Shown here: positions 35,886 to 47,929 of the stretch, piece after piece
How positions within the stretch are numbered: the stretch's first letter is position 1
Layout of the letters: each line of letters starts with the position of its first letter
DNA from: Octopus sinensis
Taxonomy: Eukaryota
Assembly: GCF_006345805.1 (NCBI RefSeq)
Contig: NW_021832004.1
Location: forward strand, 17,246-81,245
DNA length: 64,000 bases
Reading direction: 5' to 3'
Translations under genes and position numbers: made by a program
Notes under the pieces: generated by a model
The model's database searches: none
Told to the model about the DNA's origin: nothing
The model's input: the letters and a program-made list of their open reading frames with translations, nothing else

Positions 35886-38800
35886 CGGAGTACCCCCCCC
35901 CACCCCCGCCACCGGCCGGGGTACCACTACCCCGTCGCAGCAGTAACACCACCACCACAACTACTGTAGCAGTAGCAGCAGTAACAAATGAACACCAACA
36001 AAACCAAAAGTCGGAGTCATCCTCCTCCCGACCAAAACAACTCGGACTGTTCGAGTAACGAAGTCGAGAGGGGGGGGGGTGGCAAACAGTTTCCCCCCCC
36101 ACCAAAGAGAAAAAAAGAAAAATCTACTGAGACAGTAGAAGAAAAAGTGGGGAGGCGCTAGTAGACACTGAACGTCCCAACAGCGGCAACACCACACTCA
36201 ACAGCCATAACAAACAACACACCTCCACCAGCACTATCACCTCAAACACAAACTCCACCACAGATTCTACTAGCACCACAAACTTCACAGCTATTGATAC
36301 AGGCAATAATAGATTTAATTACATACTCAAGAGACAATACAAACACCACCATGACAGAACTCACCACCACCACCACCACCACCACCACGCATACAAATAT
36401 TAAAAACCACACAACAAATTTACAAACCATAAAAGCAACATTTCCAGATGCTGTGGGGTGGCTCCAAAAGACTTTTACAAAAAGAATATATAAAAACCTA
36501 GGGAAACATCCACATGAAGTGTACCATCATACCAGAGGACAGTGGTAAGAGGTGCTCTTCTCCATTCTATAGTTATTTTAACTTGGTGATGCTAAGAATA
36601 GTTTTATAGAGGCCAGGGGCCTCGGGTCACCTTGGAAACAACGTCAGCTTTTAAATGACCTGAGGTCACTTACTGTAAATGTTGCAGTCATTAGTGAATC
36701 CAGATATCCGACCCACGGAGATTTTTCTTTCTCCGTGTCGGCCTGGGTGGTGTAATAGTAAAACTGTGGTGCTTTTCTGGAAGGGTCCGGATTTGAATAT
36801 AAGGGCAGTCTTCCTGGATCAGAAGGTAAGTTGGTGGTCCTAGATGTCAACAGCAGTGACGGCTGGGCTTTCAAACTGGTGGCTGACAGGGGCAGGGTGG
36901 TCTGATTACTTCAAGCGTCTGGAGTACGTCTCGAACATTCGTACTAGTAGGGGATTAGAACGCTGTCTTAGATGGATGTTTCGATTGCGTGGGAGTTTCT
37001 TATAAGAGATGTGGGGTGCAAAAACCTCAAAAATCTACTCAGACGTTTTTCCATTGTCTGCCGGGTACCGACTAGATTATCCGAATGTCCCAATGTGGAC
37101 TTGAACAACCGCATCTGGTTATCTAGATCGTATCTAGATAGAGTATTGTGTAAGCCAGCGGACAGGATATCATCGGGTGTTCATAATTTCACATGGTCAA
37201 CTACACAGACCACAAATTTGTGATCTGTACAGTCGACTTGGATAGGCTTCATAGACATGGTCCCGGTTACTGGAAGCCGAAGGTGACGTGTCAAGCTTAC
37301 AGTGACCGGATTAGCGAATTAGTTAAGCGGACGTTGTCGGGGGCAATCGTCAACAACTGTTGGTTTGCTTTTAAAAGAGCAAATTAGAGAAGAAGAATTA
37401 ATTAGGTTTAGCAAGGCGTTGACGATAGGACGAATAGAATAGAGGGAGATGCATCGGAACTGACGTGTTGGCGGTGAGGTTGACCCATGACCAATATTTC
37501 GACACCAAACACGAAAGCCGCGGAGAGGGAATGATAGCGTAATGATAGGCCCGCGTGACGGAGGTGAAAAGTGACAATAAAGGCACCATTCGGTCTTTGG
37601 TGGACCAGGAAGGACACATGGTGTTCGAACCGAAAGAGACGGGCCATTAAATTGCATTGCTCGGAATCTAGTTTGGTCCAGACCTTCAGGCGCAGAAAAA
37701 ACTGGGACGAGGTGACGAGGAAGGTAGCCAGCCTTACACAGACATGGGCCTATAGGGAGCTGCTTCAGAGCGGTCGAGGCGAGGAGGCGAATGTGTACAT
37801 CGCATCTGTCATCGATTACCACTTGACCGTCGTCCCTTGCCCCGTTTGCTGGTTGACCAACCTGGTGCGTTTACTCTTCCCTTTTCTGTGGAAGGGGCGC
37901 GTTCCACTGGTCAGGCGCTCCATCAACTGTCAACAGTCGCTGAATGAAGGGCTGGGCATGCCGTGGTTACTAATTCGCAGACATTCATTAAGTTTGCGGC
38001 ATCTCTAGCGTTTCCTTGGCGGTGAGCAGGTGTGGTCACTGTTTGTCAGATACATTTTTCCACAGACCGTCCCTTTGACTGAGCTGCAAACCTGGATTAA
38101 GCGTAGACCGAAGAGGGAGTGCTTGTCACAGCCCTCCGCCAGGCGAACAATGAAGTCGGTGTAGTTTCACTCTAGCGTTCTATAGAGGGCTAGTGGAAGG
38201 ATATCGCGACGACGTTCTCAAGGAAACTCTAGGCATCGATGAAGATCAACGAAATGGTCTGTTTCGGAGAACTTTCTGGCCTAGGCCTATGAATAAGTTC
38301 GAGAAGTCCCTTGCCTGACAGTGCCACCGAGGGGCGCTGACTGTTTGAGATAAACTTTACAGGTACGGAAGTGCCGTCAGCCAGGCCTGCTCGAGGTGTG
38401 CCCAGAATGAGGAAACCGTTCTACACGCCCTTGTTCAGTGACCGAATATTGCTGACCTCTGTGGGTTTATGTCGAACACCTGCTGTCACGTGTTGGACGG
38501 ATCCGCTATCAGCTGAATCCATAGTGAGGATTACCCTACCGTCCTCCTTTGGCTGGGAGGAGCAGGCAATTTTTATTTGTTTAGTGGCTGTAGCGAAATC
38601 GGTAGTATGGTGGACTCGTCTGAAAGGGCTAAAGTCAGAGACCTTCCTCTTTGGCCAAGCCCTTACCAACTTTTTCAAGTTTCATTTGAAATGGAATTTG
38701 GGGGTGGAGAGGGAAGTGTTGCCTTGTAGTAATTGTGTTGAAAGGAGGGTGAATGTTGGAAGAATGTCCAGTGCAAAAAGACCAATTCTTTGCGCGCACC

Positions 38801-39044
38801 TGTAAACAATAAAAGGGATTTAAAGAAGGCCTCTTGCTCTGTTGATCAGGCACCCGTGGCCTTTGTGGGGTTTTCCACGAGGATCTTAAGCGCCTCCCCT
38901 ATTAGGTGTTTTTTTATTTGTTTGATTTACTTGCTATATATATTGTTTACACGCCGTAAAACCCATTGTATCTTCCCGTTTTTGTCTGTTATGTTGTTGC
39001 ATGTCATTCAATGTTATTTTATGTGAGTGATCATGGCTAATAAA
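34950..39044 (+). mobile_element. Tx1-clade LINE, decayed, internally deleted, ending at (ATT)n
   Basis: ORF1 remnant VEGRRPRCYFRGNNQHLNIDC; ORF2 remnants ARGLGSPWKQ, YTDHKFV..GPGYWK, LFPFLWKGRVPLVRR; ends ggctaataaa followed by (ATT)n. Confidence 0.85.
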
Positions 39045-39089
39045 ATAATTTATTACTATTATTATTATCATTATTATTATTGTTATTGC

Positions 39090-39144
<55 letters not shown>

Positions 39145-39337
39145 TATTATTATTATCCTCACTTTTATCATCACAATATTATCACAATATTGATATTTAT
39201 TAAAGAGTAGAAAATAATCTATTAATTATTTCTCATTATTCAAAAATAATAACACTATACAACGTGAAACAGTTCCACCACCATTACGAAAAACAACAAA
39301 AGACAACAGTGATTTATTTATTTTCTTCTTCTTACAG

Positions 39338-39567
39338 GAAGATGTCCTTTAGATTTTATTGAAAAGCTGCTATACCTTCTCACAATGATTTGGGTGACTT
39401 TAAAGACTTCAGTTACACGCAATGTCTGCTTCATTGCGAAGCAAAAGCAAAATGCCAATCGTTTGACTATCACTATAATGACAAAAAATGCCACTTGTCA
39501 TCTAAAGATCATAGAACTGTTGAATTGTATTTTTACAAAAATTACATTTACACCGAAATAAACAGAG
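39338..39567 (+). CDS. PAN/Apple domain exon P2 (230 nt; one base short of phase 1-1)
   Basis: ttcttcttacag acceptor and gtaagg donor; GRCPLDFIEK, then after a -1 shift AAIPSHNDLG...QCLLHCEAKAKCQSFDYHYNDKKCHLSSKD...YTEINR, a classic PAN pattern. An alternative AG at 39365-39366 gives an intact 201-nt exon. Confidence 0.75.
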
Positions 39568-39801
39568 GTAAGGGCGTCATTTTCTTGTTTTTATTTATTT
39601 ATTTTGTTGGAATTATACACAGTCAGTTGGACAAGACTAAGGCACCACCTTCAAAAATGTGTTAGTCTGTTATATTGAGGTTGGGTCTTTGATTTACTTG
39701 GCTCTATCGATTGGCTAAGTCCAATGTCATATAAAGGTACGGACTCAATACCAAATTAGATAGATAGATAGAAAGATAGATAGATAGATAGACAGATCGA
39801 T

Positions 39802-39833
<32 letters not shown>

Positions 39834-39974
39834 CAGATACATACATACATACATACATACATACATACATACATACATACATTCATACATACATACATAC
39901 TCGCATACATATATAGATGCACGCATACATGCATACTTACATGCACGCACACACTCATACGTCAAGATAACTAC

Positions 39975-40630
39975 TAAATAATCGATGAACAAAAGGGACA
40001 AAGATAGCATCAAACCTCCATGCTGTGATGGAAAATGTTGGCTCAGCTATACCAGTGTGGAAGATGTCACCCACATCATCAGTAGTTGTGACAAAATGCC
40101 TACGAGATTCTACCTGCCCCTGAGGCATGATATAGTTGCAAAGACTATTTACGATGCTACCCATAGGAAGGACTGCTCGGACGTATACATCGAAGCCATG
40201 TTAGAACCAGCAAGTAATCAGACATTTTGAAAGCAAGGAATACTGTTGGAACTCCCCGCAAAAACGAACGTCAATTCGGTACAAATATAGCAGACCTGAT
40301 ATTGTTCTGTGTTACAGGGGAAAAATGTCATGCATTGTTGTAGGGGTCAGCTGCCCAGAGGATGTGAATGTACAATCAAAAGTCTTAGGAAAATAGAACA
40401 TTTATGGCAAACTTACAGTCCTTGTACCCTGACCATAAAGTCTCGTTTGCACCTTTCATCAGAAGTGCATTAGATTATGTAGCAACAATTTTGTACATTT
40501 GCAGAAAAACCTATAAATACTCGGTTTCACAGAGAAAGAGCAAAAGAAAAAACTGACGCGGATTATCCAAATCCAATGTTTTAGTGGCACAGTGAAGGTT
40601 TGTAAAACATTGCCAAACTATTCCATCTGT
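39975..40630 (+). mobile_element. RLE-type non-LTR retrotransposon 3' fragment
   Basis: KCWLSYTSVEDVTHIISSC...LRHDIVAK (knuckle) and SRPDIV..C..V.VSCPED (RLE). Confidence 0.7.
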
Positions 40631-41189
40631 GATTCTTATGTGAATAGATGCACACGATTGAGTGTATGCATCGACAGTCCCACGATCTCAACCACACATT
40701 TGCAATCACCGGGAACTCACTCATCTCAAAACCCTTGTCGCTTTCTTATCGACTGTATGATTATTGCATTCAGATGGCGGGAATTTCTCCAAATCGCTTC
40801 TTGCGTTGAAAGACAATTTGAAACAGCGAAGTGTGTACAGACACAAAAGTATACTTCAAACTGCTGACAGACCAATTCTTTCAATAGAACCTGTCTTGAA
40901 GTCCAAGAACCAAGTCAGATGTTGTGCCTGGGGAGATGGTATTACTTTTACGACCCTGTCTCTTTGAATTATTATCAAAACCCAGCAGCAACCGGGGTTC
41001 ATTATTGAGGAGTGGTGGAGTGAAACTATCTTGTACCAGACTTTCCTAGAGAAAGGGAATTCATCACCTTTAAGGGACTGCATGAATCCCTCAACAGTGA
41101 TGATGTTGACTGCAAAGGAAGTCATTTGGAAAGCAATGTTACATTTACTGATGTAAACAATTTTCAGTGTCGATGATGCCTGCCTTTGT

Positions 41190-41450
41190 GTTTCATTTTG
41201 TTTTTTTTGTATATTCCACCCTAGGTTGTTTTTCCCTGCTTCGATACAGTCCTGGCAACTGGCAATTGATCAAGCCACTCCCATCCTTTCTTCTGGACAA
41301 GTGTCAGTCTTAGTATGGAAAGCTCCGTGCACTGTCAAAAATGTTTCTGGTCTTGGTATTCTTCATTTCTCTCTTTTGCCATTTTATAATTCCCACTCCA
41401 TACCGAAGTGATGCTATCGCCCACGTATCGACTGCTTGGATTTTATTCTA
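41190..41450 (-). mobile_element. R4/Dong-type LINE internal fragment
   Basis: NKIQAVDTWAIASLRYGVGIIKW...RKDGSGLI, homologous to 61380-61580. Confidence 0.6.
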
Positions 41451-42164
41451 TCCAGTCAATTTTTAGCGCAACACCAAACTCAGTAGTCAGACATACTAGG
41501 GCCCTAGTCTGTCCATGAAGATAGCTTCCTCATAGACAGACTAGAACCCCAAATTAACAACATGCTGCATATTTTCAGCCAGCATATAATTCAGCTACAT
41601 CTGGATGTGTGTAAGTTCATTTCTGGTAACATGCTCAGGTATTATAAAAAATACTGCACGTACAATAATACATGACTTAGAAGCAGCGCTGCGGATATGC
41701 CAACACACCGGAACTCGAGACAGGGCCACCCTCACGCACTTCTCATGAAGAATTCCAGCAGGGCTTCGTAAGACCACTGCAGAGACGCTTCCGAAAAATA
41801 AATTCAGTAAGCGTTGGGGGAAAACCGTTGATAGCAGTAACTCGATCAATTCCTAGCAATATCTGTAGAAGGAATTTTTATATTCCGAAATATTACTATA
41901 TCAGACTATGAGTAATTAATTTATAACAGTTATGATAGTCCACTCTGCATTGTTCTGCCATTGAAGACACGTTATATTTCGCACTGTATATATTTGCAGG
42001 CCACTAAAATAGTCACACCAGATTGTTCGGTTATAAAATTATGTGACGGAAAAAAGGAGAAGAAAAACAGAGAAAAAGAAAAAGATGTAAAATATAATAA
42101 AAAACCCAAAGAAAATAAGGGGCAAAAACAGGAAAGAAAATTCACAGCGACTTTGCTCTTCTCA

Positions 42165-42310
42165 ATACGTGTGACATGTCGGTTAATACAATCTGTTGAT
42201 TTCCAACATGAATGGTAATCTAGGGATCATTCTTAAAAAATCTTCAGTTCAAGTGATCCTATAACCACTGGTATTGTAACCGTCTTGAGATGCCATCTTT
42301 GCTCCTACTA
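42165..42310 (-). mobile_element. R4/Dong-type LINE C-terminal fragment
   Basis: RWHLKTVTIPVVIGSL...QQIVLT. Confidence 0.4.
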
Positions 42311-43011
42311 CTGTGTGGTATTATCATATGTTGTTTAGTTTCCACTTTTGTCTTGTACATAATATCATCATAAATATGTGAGGGCTGGAGGTGATAGTAG
42401 GAGAAAGAGGAGTAGCTTGCAGGTGGGGTGGATATTTTTAAATTTTCCTTTGCTTTCTTTAGGTTTTTCTGTGTTTTATAGTTTTCGTAATTGTGCAGTT
42501 TGTATACATTGGCAGGTGCTTATCTCCTTAATTTTTTTCATTCGTTTAATTTGTTGCTATAAAAGGTACGTTTACATAATTGAGTAGTCAGGGTGAAAAG
42601 AAGAGTAAAATTTTCATAAAAAATTGTAGATATTAAAGTTTTAAATTTTCTCAAGATGACCGTTTGTATGTCCGGCCAGAGAAAACTGTAGCGTTCTTGC
42701 AATAAAAGGGGGTTGTTTATTTTTGAATATTCAGGGAGGAAGGAGAGAGATAGTATTCACAGAAGTTGTAAATATTTTTAATGATTTTTAAAGATTTTAA
42801 AGATGATCGTCTGTGTGTTCGCCCAGAGAAAATTAAAGATATGTAAGTTTCTAGCCTTATGGGGTGGTGGTGAGATTTTAAAATACTCACAGGAGATTGT
42901 AGATGTTCCAATTACCAAAAGTTATATTTCAGTTGTTCTGCCGGGTGTGTTAGTGTTTCTGTGTCTTCGGCTACTGACTGGTCAGTGTAGTTGCTGTCAA
43001 GGCTAGCGTTC

Positions 43012-43057
<46 letters not shown>

Positions 43058-43154
43058 TATTATTTTTATTATTATCACCATTATTATTATTGTTATCATT
43101 ATTATTGATTTTGGTATTTTAGAAGGATTGACGAACCTCATCACAAAGGTAAAT

Positions 43155-43209
43155 AGACAATACGAAAAGCATTTCGTCTGGCGTGCTAACGATTCGGCCA
43201 GTCCGCCGC
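43155..43209 (-). mobile_element. SINE-A head only, ending at the target site
   Basis: Reverse complement is gcggcggactggccgaatcgttagcacgccagacgaaatgcttttc-gtattgtct, followed by unrelated sequence. Confidence 0.7.
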
Positions 43210-44178
43210 TTTAGCATTGCAGACAACATATTAAAATTAATTCCGATCTATTCTACACGCTTCCCTGAACTGTTCCAGAAAAAATCATTTTTTCCAACTC
43301 CAATGCGGACTAATTATATTGTAAGACATATACCCCGGACTCCTTAACAAGAATCGAAACCTCGGTCTTCACGCTTGTTATATTGTTTCCTTGCCATTTG
43401 TGTTAGAATCCATTCGTTTTACCTATTTAATTCGCCACCATTTTAGATGAGACAGAGTGTAATCTTGTTAATCCATTCCGATCTATTGTCAATGGTCTGA
43501 CTTGACTTTAGCACTGCAATAAATTCGAGATACCAAGAGAAAAATGTTCTCTTTCCTTTGCAACTTCCAAACAGTTAACTATGGCACCTTCTCGCGAGCT
43601 TTGCCCCATTTACCCACCTCAAGTTAGGGTTCACTATTAACAACTGCCATGGTAATAGATTATCCATAAAAACTAACTAAATTTTGTGTTTACTTCCCAT
43701 TCGTCGCACTTGCAGAACCGCGTAAGTAAAATCTACAGTAAGTGTGAAATACCTTTCAGCAGTTCTTTGCAGTGCATCCAGAAATATTATCTACGCATTG
43801 CACAGTCTTTCGCCAACTTGTCACATCTCTACGTGTTACAAACAACTTGCTACATCGTGCCTGTTACGCTTTTCCCGTTACAATTATACCGTTATACATA
43901 TAAAGACATGTTTGAAGTACATTTCGAACGTAGCTAGGATCTTTATAAACGTATGTCCCTTCATATCTGAGGCCTTGTGTTATTACTAGAAATAACTGAT
44001 AGTAAATAAAACTCAACATATATTAAAGAAGTAATGACTTCTTATATAAAATTATCTTATATATAAATAGGTAACTCGATTGTATTAAGGAGATTAGGAT
44101 TTCTTTATTAATATTAAAGAAACCACGAAAGATATTAAGACCATCAGAAGAATAAGAAACTATTTTATTCCATTTCAG

Positions 44179-44273
44179 AACTTTGGAACGATTTCAAACA
44201 GTCAAATACACTGGACAAGATTAACTCTGTGGGATGTGGTATATATTTTTCGACTCTAATTATTTCGTTGACA
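44179..44273 (+). CDS. Candidate 95-nt exon or exon remnant
   Basis: ttccatttcag acceptor, gtaaga donor and an open frame LWNDFKQSNTLDKINSVGCGIYF...; the downstream intron is homologous to the intron after 45189. Confidence 0.35.
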
Positions 44274-44929
44274 GTAAGACCCTATTTTTGTTTATTTTTT
44301 GTGTTTTTCGTTTCTGTTTCTGGTTTCTCATCTTTAATTCATTGATCTCTAGTTTTGCCACAAAAAATTAAAAAATAAATAAATATCTCTTTCTTCTACA
44401 TCACATGAGTATTTCTACTTAGAAACTTAATTCTTAATTAAATATATTAACAGTAAAATTATTATATCCATCCAAAAGAATGTTGTAAAACAACCCACAA
44501 ATACATTTAAAATCTGGCAAATGGATTAATATTAATCTCCGTTGTCATTAAAATTCTCAACACGCTTCCTTACTAATCTGCAAGAAATACCTCAATACAT
44601 CTCGCCGGTAATACGAGAACCACTCCCTCCGAGACACCCAACAACATTCTCATTCTCATTCTCCCGTCATACATGCTATTTCACCAGCCAGATCCCACAT
44701 CAATTATTATCCCCAGTCCTTCCTTTCTAGATTATACAACACTCACGAACTCACTCCCTACTCACACTAACCTAAAGATGTCCAAACGGAACATGAATAA
44801 AATCGATCTATCGAATCAATAGGCCACATCTATTCGTTTCCCTTGTACTTTGTCAGACTAGAGCAATAATTTAATTTATGCTCTTATATTTATTGTGTTT
44901 CCTCTTTCCAATTTTTCTTTCTCTTGCAG

Positions 44930-45189
44930 AAAAAGAAACTAATGATTTGACAGCTTATTCAACATTTTCCTTCAAACAAAATCCAAATCTCTACCTTATA
45001 ACCGAGGCCCAAATGGATGCTCACTCGGTTCTGGATTGTTCCCGTTTATGTATGATATCTTCTACATGTACTGCCTTTTCATATACTAACACTAAGTGCC
45101 TACTAAAGAAACTGATCTGAACTTTAATTGAATTCACCCAAAAAGTACTTACTTCTCCATGAAATGTGAGCAAGACTTCAACAGATCAG
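44930..45189 (+). pseudogene. PAN/Apple exon P3a (260 nt; -1 frameshift and a TGA)
   Basis: ttgcag acceptor and cag|gtttgc donor; LDCSRLCMISSTCTAFSYTNTKCLL, then the shifted frame ETDLNFN*IHPKSTYFSMKCEQDFNRS. Confidence 0.7.
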
Positions 45190-45693
45190 GTTTGCTAACC
45201 TATTTTGCTTATTTTTTTGTGTGCTTTTTTCTTTTTATTGTATCTCATATTTAATTTATTGATCTTCTGTCTCCAGTTCTTGTCGAAAAAATAAGAGAAA
45301 TTAATGTCGCTTTCTTCTTCATCGCATTATGTCTTCTAATTAGAGTCCTAATTCTTAGTTAAATATATTAGCAGTAAATTTATAATTCCTCTCCCCGAGA
45401 TAGCCAGCCACATGCCCCTTCTCCTTCTCCCGTCATACATGCTATTACACCAACCAGATCACATCCCGCATCAATTATTATCCCCAATCCTTCCTTTCTA
45501 GATTATACAACACTCAGAAACTCACTCCCTACTCTCACTACTCTAAAGATGTCCAACGGAACATTAATAAAATCGATCTATCGAATCAATAGTCCATATC
45601 CATTCGTTTCCCTTGTACCCTCCAATGAAGAGCAATAATTTCATTTATGTTGTTATATTTCTTGTGTTTTCTCTTGCTTTTTTTCTATTGCAG

Positions 45694-45949
45694 AAAAAGA
45701 AAATAATGATTTGACAACTTATTCAACTTTTTCCTTCAAAACAAATCCATATCACAACCTTATTACCAAGGCCCAAATGCATGCTCACTCGGTTCTGGAT
45801 TGTTCCCGTTTATGTTTGATATCTTCTACATGTACCGCCTTTTCATATACTAACACTAAGTGCCTACTAAAGAAACTGATCTGAACTTTAATGGAATTCA
45901 CCCAAAAATTACTTCTCCATGAAATGTGAGCAAGTCTTCAACGGATCAC
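45694..45949 (+). pseudogene. PAN/Apple exon P3b (tandem duplicate; same frameshift plus a 4-nt deletion)
   Basis: Colinear with P3a, including about 280 bp of upstream intron. Confidence 0.7.
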
Positions 45950-46429
45950 GTTTGCTAATTATAATTATATAAGATAAAATGTGTGTTTCTTTGTGAATAA
46001 AATCAATTTAATTCAGTTATTCTTTTGTTGATTAATTTTAATTGCTAACGTTTTTCGTTCTAAATTAGTCTTATCTTAGAACGTGATTGCTAATTTGAGT
46101 TTTAGCTCTGGTCTCTCGGAAACTATTTTAAGCTGGCTGATCTAAACTGCTTTTATTAAGGATTATAAAGCGAAATTAAAATAAGAATCTTTTCTTTTTC
46201 TCTATGGACGAAAGTTTGTGTTTCAGCAACTTATTTGCAACTTATTAGTACAGGTTAAACGAAGAATAGGTTAAACCAAAACACGAAATCAATTATACGG
46301 AAAACGAAATCTAATAGAAATTTGATCGTAAACTCAGAAGCCCCACGATTTCTTTCAGGTTATCGAAAAGTTAAAATAGTTTTTTGCTGTGAAAAACATA
46401 AATTGCAATGCTGACCATACATGTCGTAA

Positions 46430-46690
46430 AATGTTCCTTTTGTTTTCATTTGTTTAGTTTTAGATTAATATTGGATTCTTTGTTAATAGTTTCTTGAAGT
46501 GGACATTGTGTTGCAATTCTTTATGGATTGGTGAGATCGATACGGTTAATGCTTAGTTTGAAGATTTGTGTGTCGACATCTGTTGGGAAAATTGGATCAG
46601 GGATTGCATTTCAGGCGATTAATGTTCTGGAGCAGTGGAGACCCAATCGCTGTGTTGTAGCCCAGTCAGCATTAGTTTTAAAAAAGCACG
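46430..46690 (-). mobile_element. CR1/L2-like LINE 3' fragment
   Basis: HCSRTLIA*NAIPDPIFPTDVDTQIFKLSI resembles the conserved (W)N.LP...FK C-terminal box. Confidence 0.4.
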
Positions 46691-47929
46691 GGCAAAATTT
46701 TAAATAAATAATAATTTGACTTTTGATTTAATAAATGAAATTTGAAATCAACTTCTCAACGTGATTGAAAATCACAAATAAATAAAACGTTGGCACCGTC
46801 TAATATAAGTCATGAAAATACGAACTCCTCGAAAGTGATTCTCTTTTCGTCGTTGTGTCGCAAAACGAAGGAAGATGTCTTTAAAATTTAGGTTTTCATC
46901 ACACCATTTATTCATTATACTTCGGCATAAATGTCCGGTTTATTGTCTACCACGGATCTCGCCTGATAAGAATTTATCCTCTACAGATTGAGAAAGTATT
47001 CATTCATAGACTGCCGTGTGCTTACAGGCAGTGTTACATCTTCTTGCAGCAGTTCGATCAGTCCAATCGAGGAATCTGTTGAAAGTAAATCGGTCAAGTA
47101 GATCAAGATGTGTCACTTCCACCCGATGAGTCGCTTTGCAGACCACACCAGGGCGTCTAAATTTAGTTGAAATGTATCTGCTATGAATTTGAGACAAACA
47201 ATGTTCAGAAACTGGAGCATTTACGGATTGAGATAAGAGGGGTTTATCATGATATCACCATTTAATGCCGAAAATTGGTGTCGGAACTCTAAGCAACTCT
47301 GGTTTTCAATATAGGGATGACGGTCTCACGATGAAAATTTATGAAAGTGCTCTATTAATTTTCAGCCGACTTTCAACATTCTCACTGACCGATGAGACCC
47401 TTCTGCTGTGGAGATTTTTCTCGTAGATTAGGCATTTACTGAATCAGTGGGTTGATCTTAATAACTTCACTGATGTGTTACTCAATCGGAGGCTACAAAA
47501 CTTTCTTTTCGTTTGATATGAAGATGTTTAACTGGATAGCATTGCCGTTGCTGTAGTCACAGCAGTGAAGATTTGTAATATTTTTGCTAAAGACTTGATT
47601 CGTATTAAAACTTGTTTAGAGGAGACGAAAGCGTAAACTTTCATAGACAATCGTAATAGAAGCACTTGTCTTTAATTTGCCTCTCCCATGACTTGATAAC
47701 CTCACTGAAATGAGGGAGGATATCCATAATAAAGGAAAGCTCATAATGAACAACATGGCACGGTCCCTGCTGATAGACCCATCGTGTATAGGTGAAGATT
47801 TTTTTCTCTGCTGGTTGTCCTCGTTTTTCTTCCTGTAAGCACTTGTTGTACTGAGGCAGTCTGAATCGATCCATAGACAGTTAAAGTTGCTTTTGTATGA
47901 CGAAAGATTCACCGATAGCCTTTACTTTT

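Noticed and set aside
46860-47900. Decayed LINE continuation upstream of the CR1-like fragment
   Set aside because: No diagnostic RT or endonuclease motif could be read in any frame.
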